From an uncultured Gammaproteobacteria bacterium (GTDB taxonomy: Bacteria; Pseudomonadota; Gammaproteobacteria; Eutrophobiales; Eutrophobiaceae), in assembly GCA_943788005.1 (NCBI GenBank), contig CALSOP010000008.1, positions 129,463 to 193,462 of the forward strand: a stretch of 64,000 nucleotides of DNA. The letters run 5' to 3'. Positions 51,913-61,171 of this stretch are shown here, one piece after another (within the stretch, counting starts at the first letter, position 1; every line of letters starts with the position of its first letter). The notes below the pieces were generated by a model. The model worked only from the letters and a program-made list of their open reading frames with translations. It was not told the origin of the DNA and did no database searches. The position numbers and the translations under genes are program-made.

Positions 51913-53682
51913 ATGACCACATTTAATAAAATCTGGAAAATACTTACAGTAGAGCAGCATAAAAATGCTGTCATTTTACTTTTTCTGATGATTCTGGGAA
52001 TGCTTCTTGAAACATTAGGATTCAGTTTGCTTCTTCCAGCATTAGCATTAATGACACAAAATGATCTAGTCAATCAATACCCTTTCCTAAGACCATTTCT
52101 TGATTATCTGGGTAATCCATCTACAAACGAACTAATAGTAATTGGTATGATTATGCTTGCAATTGTTTATACAATAAAAGCATTATTTTTGGGCACACTT
52201 GCTTGGTTACAGGCAAAGTTTGCTTTTGCCGTTCAGGCGAATGTATCTCAGCGATTATTCAAAAATTATTTGTTTCAACCTTATACCTTCCATTTACAAC
52301 ATAACTCAGCTCAGTTAATTCGCAATACAACTAACGAAGTAAGTATGTTTAACGCAGTCACTCAGTCTGCATTGATGATAATAGCGGAAGGTTTGGTTTT
52401 TTTAGGTATTGCAACATTGTTGTTATTTATTGAACCTGTTGGAGCATGTTTAGTCATTACGCTTCTTGGTTTAGCAGGTTGGAGTTTTCACAAACTCACT
52501 AAAAATATGATCTTGAAATGGGGTGAAGCACGCCAATTTCACGAAGGCCTACGAGTCCAGCATTTACAACAGGGATTGGGTGGCGTGAAAGAGGTAAAGT
52601 TAATGGGACGAGAAAATGAATTTCTGTCGCAGTTTCGTATTCATAATTACGGTTCTGCGAAAATTGGTGAGTTTCAAACAACAGTGAAATCATTACCACG
52701 TTATTGGTTAGAACTTTTAGCTGTCATAGGATTAGTAACTTTAGTCATGGTTATGATGGAACAAAATAAGCCAATGAGTTCTATTGTGCCCACACTTGGT
52801 GTTTTTGTGGCTGCTGCATTTCGGGTGATGCCATCTGTTAATAGAGTTCTTAGTGCATTTCAGACCTTAAGGTTTGCTACGCCTGTGGTTAATATGTTGT
52901 ATGAGCAGCTACACCTCGTTGCAGAACACAAACATAATAATGTTCATGCGCCTTTTTCAATTAAAAATTCGATAGAACTAAAGGATGTTAGTTTTGCCTA
53001 CCCTGAGACCGCAAGTTTTGCTTTAAATAGTATAAATATTTCAATTCCACAAGGGTCAATGACAGGTTTCATTGGTACGACTGGAGCAGGAAAAAGTACA
53101 CTGGTAGATATAATACTTGGTTTGATTCACCCGACTAAAGGAACTGTATTTGTAGACAATACAGATATCCAAAAAGAAATACGTTCTTGGCAAGACTTAA
53201 TCGGCTATGTGCCGCAATCAATTTTTCTTACGGATGATACATTATTAAGAAATGTTGCTTTTGGGATACCTATAGACCAAGTGGATGAAGAAAAAGTCTG
53301 GAGTGCATTACGGTCTGCACAGCTTGATTCATTTGTTAGAGAATTAAGTTTGGGTTTGAATACCGTCGTTGGTGAAAGAGGTGTCCGTCTTTCCGGGGGG
53401 CAACGACAAAGAATAGGAATTGCTCGGGCTTTGTATCATGAACCTCAGATACTCATATTGGATGAAGCAACAAGTTCTTTAGATATTGATACTGAGCATG
53501 ATGTAATGAATGCAGTGAACGCTATGCATGGAGATAAGACGATTATAATTGTCACGCACAGACTTACAACTGTTGAAAACTGCGACCTATTGTATCGACT
53601 TGAGAAAGGTCGAGTCGTTAAAGAAGGCTCACCTGAATCAATGTTTAAAACAATTAGCCCTGCCGGGGCGTACAGCAGCTAA
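51913..53682 (+). CDS. ABC transporter, fused permease/ATPase (MsbA-like exporter)
   Basis: A six-TM N-terminal domain, Walker A GTTGAGKST, signature LSGGQRQR and Walker B ILILDEATS. The start at MTTFNKIW is chosen over the track start at 51814. Confidence 0.85.
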   Translation: MTTFNKIWKILTVEQHKNAVILLFLMILGMLLETLGFSLLLPALALMTQNDLVNQYPFLRPFLDYLGNPSTNELIVIGMIMLAIVYTIKALFLGTLAWLQAKFAFAVQANVSQRLFKNYLFQPYTFHLQHNSAQLIRNTTNEVSMFNAVTQSALMIIAEGLVFLGIATLLLFIEPVGACLVITLLGLAGWSFHKLTKNMILKWGEARQFHEGLRVQHLQQGLGGVKEVKLMGRENEFLSQFRIHNYGSAKIGEFQTTVKSLPRYWLELLAVIGLVTLVMVMMEQNKPMSSIVPTLGVFVAAAFRVMPSVNRVLSAFQTLRFATPVVNMLYEQLHLVAEHKHNNVHAPFSIKNSIELKDVSFAYPETASFALNSINISIPQGSMTGFIGTTGAGKSTLVDIILGLIHPTKGTVFVDNTDIQKEIRSWQDLIGYVPQSIFLTDDTLLRNVAFGIPIDQVDEEKVWSALRSAQLDSFVRELSLGLNTVVGERGVRLSGGQRQRIGIARALYHEPQILILDEATSSLDIDTEHDVMNAVNAMHGDKTIIIVTHRLTTVENCDLLYRLEKGRVVKEGSPESMFKTISPAGAYSS

Positions 53683-53698
53683 TTTGAGTTAGTTATAG

Positions 53699-54619
53699 GT
53701 GTTTACTAAACAATCGATAATTATTACTGGTGGCTCTGGTCTTTTAGCAATTAATTGGGCTATTGCACAACGTACAAAATACTCAGTAACTCTTGGGATG
53801 AACAAAAGGAATGTTACTCTAAAAGGCGTCAAGTCTGTTAAATTTCCAATGACATCAATTAATTCAATAGTCGATTATTTAAATAGCAATAAGCCAACGC
53901 TATTTATACATGCAGCTGGATTAACAAATGTAGAAAAATGTGAGTCAGAACCAGATTTGGCTAATTTTGTTAATGTTGAATTGTCAAGGAATGTTGCGGA
54001 TGCCTGCGCAATAACAGGTACAAAGCTTGTTCTTATTTCAACAGATCATTTGTTCTCAGGCAAGAATTCACTAGCGTCGGAATCAGATGAACTAGAGCCG
54101 CTAAATGTATACGGTGCCACCAAAGCAGAAGCGGAAAGTTATGCCTCTGAAAAATGCCCAAACGCATTAATAGTTAGGACCAATTTTTTTGGCTGGGGAT
54201 TAAAATATAGAAAATCATTCAGTGACATGATAATAAATGCATTAAGAAACAATAAAAAAATTACACTTTTTGAAGATGTATTTTATACCCCAATATTAAT
54301 TGAAACGCTTGCGAATACAATTCATCAACTAGCCGAATCAGGAGCACAAGGAGTTTATAATGTAGTTGGAGATGAACGCATTTCTAAACTAGAGTTTGGT
54401 TATAAATTGGCAAGGTGTTTTTCTTTGGATCCTGATTTAATTTCCCCTTTGTCAATATCAGAAAAAAACGACCTGGTAAGACGCCCCCATGATATGAGTT
54501 TATCTAATTCAAAAACGTGCAAATATCTCGGAAAAAAGATTGGCGACATAGAAAGCCAGCTAAATATTTTATATAAACAAGAACAACTTGGTTTAGTGAA
54601 GGAGCTTGAAAAGTTATGA
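53699..54619 (+). CDS. RmlD-like NAD(P)-dependent sugar-nucleotide reductase
   Basis: ITGGSGLL Rossmann motif, STDHLF, and catalytic YGATK. GTG start. Confidence 0.7.
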   Translation: MFTKQSIIITGGSGLLAINWAIAQRTKYSVTLGMNKRNVTLKGVKSVKFPMTSINSIVDYLNSNKPTLFIHAAGLTNVEKCESEPDLANFVNVELSRNVADACAITGTKLVLISTDHLFSGKNSLASESDELEPLNVYGATKAEAESYASEKCPNALIVRTNFFGWGLKYRKSFSDMIINALRNNKKITLFEDVFYTPILIETLANTIHQLAESGAQGVYNVVGDERISKLEFGYKLARCFSLDPDLISPLSISEKNDLVRRPHDMSLSNSKTCKYLGKKIGDIESQLNILYKQEQLGLVKELEKL

Positions 54620-55788
54620 TCCCGTATGGTCAACATCATATTGATGAGAGTGATATTCAAGAAGTAGTAAATGTGCTCAGACATGGAGACCTTACCCAAG
54701 GTCCAAAAATAAAGGAGTTTGAAAAAGCAATTGCCGAATATGTAAATGTAAAATATGCTGTCGCAGTTTCGAGTGGAACAGCTGCTTTGCATCTTGCAGC
54801 TATCGCTGCTGGAATTGATCCAGAACATCATTTAATAACCTCGCCTATCTCATTTGTTGCCAGCGCAAACGCTGCTTTGTACTGCGGCGGTAAAGTGATT
54901 TTTTCAGATATAAACCCTGATTCTATTAATCTTTGTCCCAATACATTATCTAATACATTACTAAAACATAATAATGTTCGTGCAATAATACCCGTTCATT
55001 TTGCGGGATTACCCTGTGATATGCAGCTAATCAAATCTATTGCAGATAAACATGGTGTTTCTGTTATCGAAGATGCCGCACATGCGTTAGGTGCAAAATA
55101 TGAAAATGGTGACATGGTTGGATCATGTGTTTATTCAGATGCTACGGTATTTTCTTTCCACCCTGTAAAAGCAATAGCCGCAGGGGAAGGTGGCATGGTT
55201 ACGACCAATGATGAATCACTCTATCGCAAGATATTAAGACTACGCAGCCATGGTATTAATAAGTTGGATGATCCAATGGAATTTCCAGATCAGGCAAATG
55301 AAGACGGGATTCCAACGCCTTGGTATTATGAAATGCAGGAACTTGGTTTTAATTACCGAATTACTGATATCGAGTGTGCTTTGGCACTTTCGCAGCTGAA
55401 AAAACTGGATAAGTTTCTGGATAGGCGTCGTGAGCTAGTTAAAAAATATAATGCAGCATTTTCTGATCTAAAGAATTGCCGTCCAGCACAAACAACCAGT
55501 ATTGAAAAAAGTGGCCATCACTTGTATGTGCTTCGTATTGATTACAAATCATTAGGTGTAAGTAGAGCAGAACTTATGCGAGAACTTAAACTTAATGAGA
55601 TTATTTGTCAGGTTCACTATATACCCATTCCGGCACAACCATATTATCGGAAACTAGGTTTTAATCCTGAAGATTATCCAAATGCATACTGCTATTATCA
55701 AGAAGCTTTGAGTATTCCTCTTTATTATGATTTAACAGATGAACAACAAATATACATTATAGACGTCTTTAAAAAGCTTCTAGCGTGA
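54616..55788 (+). CDS. pseC: UDP-4-amino-4,6-dideoxy-N-acetyl-beta-L-altrosamine transaminase (PseC-type DegT aminotransferase)
   Basis: IPYGQHHIDESDIQEVVNVLRHGDLTQGPKIKEFE is the PseC-type N-terminus. The PLP Lys region is SFHPVKAIAAGEGG. Confidence 0.8.
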   Translation: MIPYGQHHIDESDIQEVVNVLRHGDLTQGPKIKEFEKAIAEYVNVKYAVAVSSGTAALHLAAIAAGIDPEHHLITSPISFVASANAALYCGGKVIFSDINPDSINLCPNTLSNTLLKHNNVRAIIPVHFAGLPCDMQLIKSIADKHGVSVIEDAAHALGAKYENGDMVGSCVYSDATVFSFHPVKAIAAGEGGMVTTNDESLYRKILRLRSHGINKLDDPMEFPDQANEDGIPTPWYYEMQELGFNYRITDIECALALSQLKKLDKFLDRRRELVKKYNAAFSDLKNCRPAQTTSIEKSGHHLYVLRIDYKSLGVSRAELMRELKLNEIICQVHYIPIPAQPYYRKLGFNPEDYPNAYCYYQEALSIPLYYDLTDEQQIYIIDVFKKLLA

Positions 55789-56648
55789 AAATAGTATTAG
55801 GTACTGCACAGTTTGGGCTTGATTATGGTGTGGCAAATCAGCAAGGACAAATACAAAAAAGTAAAGCAAGAGACATACTTAATTATGCAAAAGAAAATGG
55901 TATCAGTGTACTTGATACAGCTATTGCTTATGGTGAAAGTGAACAGGTGTTGGGTGAGTTGGGGGTAAGCGAATGGGATATTATAACTAAAATTCCCTTG
56001 ATAAAGGAAAACAGACAAAATTATTTTCTCTCGCTAAAAGAAACACTAAGAAGCTCTTTACAAAGATTAAATGTATCAAATTTATATGGTGTGCTATTAC
56101 ATAGCCCCAAGCAATTATTAAGCACTGATGGCGAAAGAATATATCGAGCATTAGAAGAAATAAAGACTGAGGGCCTAATAAAAAAAATAGGGATATCAAT
56201 TTATGACCCGGTTGACCTGGATATACTTTGTGCTAATTTTGATTTTGATATAGTACAGGCTCCATTTAATATTATGGATCGCCGAATAATTAATTCTAAT
56301 TGGAATAAAAAGTTGGCAGAAAAAAATATTGAACTACATGTGCGGTCTATTTTCTTACAAGGTTTATTACTGCTCCCTCCTGATAAGCGTCCGAATAAAT
56401 TTAGCCAATGGAGTTCACTGTGGTCGAAATGGGATGCTTGGATAAGTGAGAATAATTTAACTCCGTTACAATCATGCCTGCATTTTGCGATGTCAAATTT
56501 ATCGATTAACAAAATTGTTGTAGGTATTGATAGTTGTGCTCAGCTTAAAGAGATACTCGAGTCAATATCCGGCGAGTTCCCAGAACCACCTGATGATTTA
56601 CAAAGTGACGACCTTACATTGATAAACCCATTTAACTGGCCTGAGTAA
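55785..56648 (+). CDS. Aldo/keto reductase
   Basis: LGTAQFGLDYG...LDTAIAYGESE pattern. 287 aa. Confidence 0.75.
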   Translation: MKIVLGTAQFGLDYGVANQQGQIQKSKARDILNYAKENGISVLDTAIAYGESEQVLGELGVSEWDIITKIPLIKENRQNYFLSLKETLRSSLQRLNVSNLYGVLLHSPKQLLSTDGERIYRALEEIKTEGLIKKIGISIYDPVDLDILCANFDFDIVQAPFNIMDRRIINSNWNKKLAEKNIELHVRSIFLQGLLLLPPDKRPNKFSQWSSLWSKWDAWISENNLTPLQSCLHFAMSNLSINKIVVGIDSCAQLKEILESISGEFPEPPDDLQSDDLTLINPFNWPE

Positions 56649-58675
56649 TGAAAATTATAGCTGTAGTACAGGCACGTATGGGCTCTAAACGTTTACCAAA
56701 TAAGGTAATGCAAACAATAAATGGTGTGCCGATGATAGAGTTACTACTGAATCGGTTATCAATGGTTTCATGTATAGACCAAATAATACTCGCAACACCT
56801 TCAAGTGCTAGTAATAGCATATTGAATGCTCATGTACGTAATTTAGGCTATGAAGTATACAATGGTAGTGAGAATGATGTGCTTGATCGATATTATCAGG
56901 CAGTAAAAGATAAACGTCCTGATGCTGTGATCAGAATAACGGGTGACTGTCCGTTAATTGATCCAAGCCTTGTTAATGATATTGTTAAAGCATTCATTGA
57001 ACAGAATGTAGATTACCTTAGCAATACGCTTGACCCTACTTATCCTGATGGTTTAGATACAGAAATCTTTACGTATAAATCACTTGAAAAGGCAGCGGAC
57101 CTTGCAAAACTGCCTAAAGAGCGTGAGCATGTAACGCCGTACATTTATGAGTCCGGTTTATTTAAAACTGCAAGTTATAAACATGCACAAGACCATTCTG
57201 ATAAACGTTGGACGGTTGATGAAGCTTCAGACTTTCAAGTCATTTCTTCTATTTATAATTACTTTAGTCCTTGTATAGATTTTAGTTGGCAGGATGTTTT
57301 AGCGTTACAAGAAAAAGAGCCAGAGTTATTCATGTTAAATCAACATCTAATGAGAAATGAGGGGACACATATGGGTGCTGGACAAAAACTTTGGAAAAGG
57401 GCAAAACAAGTTATCCCCGGAGGTAACATGTTGCTTTCCAAACGGCCTGAGATGTTTTTGCCTGAACAATGGCCCTCCTACTTTAGTAGAGCAAAGGGTT
57501 GTAAGGTTTGGGATCTGGATGATAAAGAATATATTGATATGTGTTTCATGGGCATTGGTACTAATATTTTGGGATATGGAAATCGTGAAGTGAATGATGC
57601 AGTTCATAGAACTGTTGATGCTGGAAATATGTCAACTCTAAATTGTCCTGAAGAAGTATATCTTGCCGAAAAACTAATTGAACTTCATCCGTGGGCCGAT
57701 ATGGTTCGTTTAGCCCGTACTGGAGGTGAAGCCAATGCCATCGCCATTCGTATAGCGCGTGCCGCATCTGGTAAAGATAAAATAGCCTTTTGTGGTTATC
57801 ATGGATGGCATGATTGGTATCTTGCAGCCAATCTAAAAGATGAAAAAAACCTTGCAGGTCATTTACTTCCTGGATTAGAACCAAGAGGTGTGCCTCAAAA
57901 TCTGCAAAATTCAATTTATCCATTTACATACAACAACATTGGTGAGTTAAAAGCTTTAATTCAAAACCATGAAATTGGTGTCATCAAAATGGAAGTGTTC
58001 CGTAATCACCAACCAGAAGATGATTTTCTAAAGAAAGTAAGGAAACTAGCAACAGAAAATAATATTGTTTTGATTTTTGATGAATGCACATCCGGTTTTA
58101 GACAAAATTTTGGTGGTTTACATAAAATATATGATGTAGAGCCAGATATTGCTGTCTTTGGAAAAGCTTTAGGTAATGGTTATGCAATTACTGCAATTAT
58201 TGGTCGACGTGAAATAATGGAAAGTGCTCAATCTTCATTTATTAGCAGTACTTTTTGGACTGAACGTATTGGTCCTACGGCAGCACTTAAAACATTAGAA
58301 GTAATGGAAGAATTGAAGTCATGGGAATTAATCACAGAGTCGGGTGAAAAAATAACACAGCGGTGGAAAGATTTAGCAGAAAGCTCAGGGCTACATATTA
58401 CAACTAGTGGAATGCCCGCTTTAACATCATTTTCAATAAATAGTCCTAATAAACTCTTATATAAGACACTCATAACTCAAGAAATGATGAAGAGAGGTTA
58501 TATCGCTGGTACGAGTATATATATATGTGTTGAACATACTCAGGATATTATAGATAAGTATTTTATTAATCTAGAACCGGTTTTTGATCTTATAAAAGAG
58601 TGTGAAGATGGGCGTGATGTAAATAGTTTTCTTAAAGGACCCGTTTGTCATGATAGTTTTAAACGACTAAATTAA
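56648..58675 (+). CDS. Fusion protein: SpsF-like cytidylyltransferase (about aa 1-245) and class-III PLP aminotransferase resembling glutamate-1-semialdehyde aminomutase (about aa 250-675)
   Basis: The N-terminus is IIAVVQARMGSKRLPNKV...ITGDCPLIDP. The C-terminus has GGNMLLSKRP.., LARTGGEAN, DECTSGFR, and a PLP Lys region FGKALGNGY. Confidence 0.75.
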   Translation: MKIIAVVQARMGSKRLPNKVMQTINGVPMIELLLNRLSMVSCIDQIILATPSSASNSILNAHVRNLGYEVYNGSENDVLDRYYQAVKDKRPDAVIRITGDCPLIDPSLVNDIVKAFIEQNVDYLSNTLDPTYPDGLDTEIFTYKSLEKAADLAKLPKEREHVTPYIYESGLFKTASYKHAQDHSDKRWTVDEASDFQVISSIYNYFSPCIDFSWQDVLALQEKEPELFMLNQHLMRNEGTHMGAGQKLWKRAKQVIPGGNMLLSKRPEMFLPEQWPSYFSRAKGCKVWDLDDKEYIDMCFMGIGTNILGYGNREVNDAVHRTVDAGNMSTLNCPEEVYLAEKLIELHPWADMVRLARTGGEANAIAIRIARAASGKDKIAFCGYHGWHDWYLAANLKDEKNLAGHLLPGLEPRGVPQNLQNSIYPFTYNNIGELKALIQNHEIGVIKMEVFRNHQPEDDFLKKVRKLATENNIVLIFDECTSGFRQNFGGLHKIYDVEPDIAVFGKALGNGYAITAIIGRREIMESAQSSFISSTFWTERIGPTAALKTLEVMEELKSWELITESGEKITQRWKDLAESSGLHITTSGMPALTSFSINSPNKLLYKTLITQEMMKRGYIAGTSIYICVEHTQDIIDKYFINLEPVFDLIKECEDGRDVNSFLKGPVCHDSFKRLN

Positions 58676-58683
58676 AAATAACC

Positions 58684-59763
58684 TTGAATATTTTATTTAG
58701 AGTAGATGCGTCACATGTGATAGGCATAGGACACTTAATGAGATGTCTGGCTTTAGCTGCTGAACTAAAGAAACATAATATGTATATATGTTTTATATGC
58801 AGAAATTTGCCAAAAAGCTTATATAACTTAGTAGAGAAAAACAAACATGATCTGATTGTTTTGAAACATGTCGAAGATATAAAACAACAAGATGAATTGA
58901 AGCACTCATTTTTCCTTGGGACGAGTCAGGCAACAGATGCAATAGATACTATAGAAGCAATATCTGACAAAAGTTGGGATTGGTTGATTATTGATCACTA
59001 CGCAATTGACAATAGATTCGAGATGACTTTAAAAAAGTATGTAGAAAGAATCATGGTTATTGATGATATTGCAGATCGCCAACATGAGTGTGATGTACTA
59101 TTAGATCAAAATCTTTACGCTGACATGGATGAACGTTATGTAGAGAAGGTGCCTGCAAGTTGCGCAATTCTTCTTGGTCCTGAATATGCACTTTTACGTA
59201 ATGAATTTGCCTGTTTACATAATAAAATAAAACCTAGGACAGGAGTAATTGAAAAGATTCTTGTTTTCTTTGGTGGTGTCGACCCTGAAAACCTTACTTC
59301 CTTATCAATAAATGCTATTAATAATTTATGTAATGAAAAATTGCATGTAGATGTGGTTGTAGGAACAGCCCATCCATATCGGCATGAGATTGAATCGGTT
59401 TGTAAATCTCTGAACTATAGTTGTCATGTCCAAACAGAACGAATGGCCGAACTTATGGCTGAATCTGACTTGGCAATTGGGGCAGGAGGGTCTGCAAGTT
59501 GGGAAAGATGCTGTTTAGGTTTAGCGACGATTTCTGTAGCCTTTGCAGATAACCAGTATGCAATCGCAAAACAATTGGATCGAGTGGGAGCTAGTATTTT
59601 TCTGGGCAATCATCATTCAGTCAGTCAAACAAAAATAGAAGATGCAATGTCTGAACTTATTCTCGATCGTGACAGGGTGAAGTCAATGTCTTCCACGGCA
59701 TATTCAATTGTAGACGGAAATGGTACAAAAAGAGTTTGTGAGATACTAAATCAATTTCAATGA
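58684..59763 (+). CDS. pseG: UDP-2,4-diacetamido-2,4,6-trideoxy-beta-L-altropyranose hydrolase (PseG-type)
   Basis: ILFRVDASHVIGIGHLMRCLALAAELKK is the PseG N-terminal signature, with a GT-B-like C-terminal half. TTG start. Confidence 0.75.
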   Translation: MNILFRVDASHVIGIGHLMRCLALAAELKKHNMYICFICRNLPKSLYNLVEKNKHDLIVLKHVEDIKQQDELKHSFFLGTSQATDAIDTIEAISDKSWDWLIIDHYAIDNRFEMTLKKYVERIMVIDDIADRQHECDVLLDQNLYADMDERYVEKVPASCAILLGPEYALLRNEFACLHNKIKPRTGVIEKILVFFGGVDPENLTSLSINAINNLCNEKLHVDVVVGTAHPYRHEIESVCKSLNYSCHVQTERMAELMAESDLAIGAGGSASWERCCLGLATISVAFADNQYAIAKQLDRVGASIFLGNHHSVSQTKIEDAMSELILDRDRVKSMSSTAYSIVDGNGTKRVCEILNQFQ

Positions 59764-60407
59764 AGATTACGCTTCTTTGTACAAATAAAAATCATCCTGT
59801 TATGCCGTATTTGGAGGAATGGCAATCTAGGATGAACGTTGAACATGACGTCGACATAGTGGACAGCAAAGAAAAATTATCCTGTGGAGATATTTTATAT
59901 CTTGTTTCATGTTCACAAATAATTGGTATTAATGAGCGCAAGAAATACGGAGTCTCCCTTGTACTCCATGCTAGTGACTTACCTAAAGGCAGAGGATGGT
60001 CACCATACATTTGGTCAATAATAAAGGGAATGACAGAAATTATTGTATGCGTGATTGAAGCAAATGACTCTGTTGATACTGGTGATATCTGGTTACGTAA
60101 AAAGATTACATTACAAGGTCATGAGCTGCTTCCCGAGATTAATGAAATATTATTTCGTGTAGAATTAGATTTGATGACTGAAGTAGTGGAACAGTTCGAT
60201 AAAATCAAACCTAAAACACAACTAGGTGACCCCGGTAGTTATATGCCCAGACGTACTCCTGAGGACAGCCGTCTTGATCCGAGTAAAAGTATTGCAGAAC
60301 AGTTTGATTTATTGCGAGTTGTTGATTCCGATAGATTTCCTGCGTTTCTGGATTTTCGAGGCGTAAGGTATATCTTAAAAATAGAAAAAGCTAATGAACC
60401 TGAATAA
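59760..60407 (+). CDS. Formyltransferase-family protein (Fmt/PurN N-terminal-domain type)
   Basis: HASDLPKGRGWSP corresponds to the H-x-S-L-L-P-x-x-R-G catalytic motif, and DTGDI lies downstream. 215 aa. Confidence 0.7.
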   Translation: MKITLLCTNKNHPVMPYLEEWQSRMNVEHDVDIVDSKEKLSCGDILYLVSCSQIIGINERKKYGVSLVLHASDLPKGRGWSPYIWSIIKGMTEIIVCVIEANDSVDTGDIWLRKKITLQGHELLPEINEILFRVELDLMTEVVEQFDKIKPKTQLGDPGSYMPRRTPEDSRLDPSKSIAEQFDLLRVVDSDRFPAFLDFRGVRYILKIEKANEPE

Positions 60408-60463
60408 AACATTATTCATTACCAATTTTAAAATGATTTAAATTTTTATAGGAAACCGATTTT

Positions 60464-61165
60464 ATGAAGATTGCTGTTTTACCGGCGCGAGGTGGTAGTA
60501 AGAGAATTCCACGAAAAAATATAAAGGATTTCTGTGGAAAACCAATGATCGCATGGTCAATTGAAGTAGCAAAAGCAGCTGATTTGTTTGATCATATTAT
60601 TGTTTCAACAGATGATTCTGAAATTGCGGACAAATCTATCGAGTATGGTGCTGAAGTCCCTTTCATCAGACCAGCTGAACTCTCTGATGACTTTACGGGC
60701 ACAAACGAGGTCATAGCACATACTGTACGATGGGCAATTGAACAAGGTTGGCCTGTTTCTTCTGTCTGTTGCATATATCCAGCTGCGCCATTTATTCAAA
60801 TTGATGATTTAAAACAAGGTTTGGAAGAACTAGAAAATGGCGGATGGGATTATGTTTTTCCTGCGACAGATTTTTCAGCTTCTATATTTAAATCATTACG
60901 ACAACTAGAAAATGGCGGCATTGAAATGTTCTTTCCGGAAAATTACACAAAAAGAAACCAAGATCTACCTATGGCACTTCAGGATGCGGCCCAATTTTAT
61001 TGGGGACGTAAAGATGCATGGCTAGAAGGAAAGAAGTTTTTTAATGGAGAAACTTACGCCGTAAAAATACCCGCGTGGAGAGTGCAGGATATTGATACAC
61101 CTGATGACTGGGCGCGTGCGGAAATTATTCATAAAGCAATATTAGAAAAAAACATGAATAAATAA
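60464..61165 (+). CDS. pseF: Pseudaminic acid cytidylyltransferase (PseF-type CMP-NulO synthetase)
   Basis: IAVLPARGGSKRIPRKNIKDFCGKPMIAWSIE is the PseF/NeuA-family N-terminus. Confidence 0.8.
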   Translation: MKIAVLPARGGSKRIPRKNIKDFCGKPMIAWSIEVAKAADLFDHIIVSTDDSEIADKSIEYGAEVPFIRPAELSDDFTGTNEVIAHTVRWAIEQGWPVSSVCCIYPAAPFIQIDDLKQGLEELENGGWDYVFPATDFSASIFKSLRQLENGGIEMFFPENYTKRNQDLPMALQDAAQFYWGRKDAWLEGKKFFNGETYAVKIPAWRVQDIDTPDDWARAEIIHKAILEKNMNK

Positions 61166-61171
61166 TTAGAT

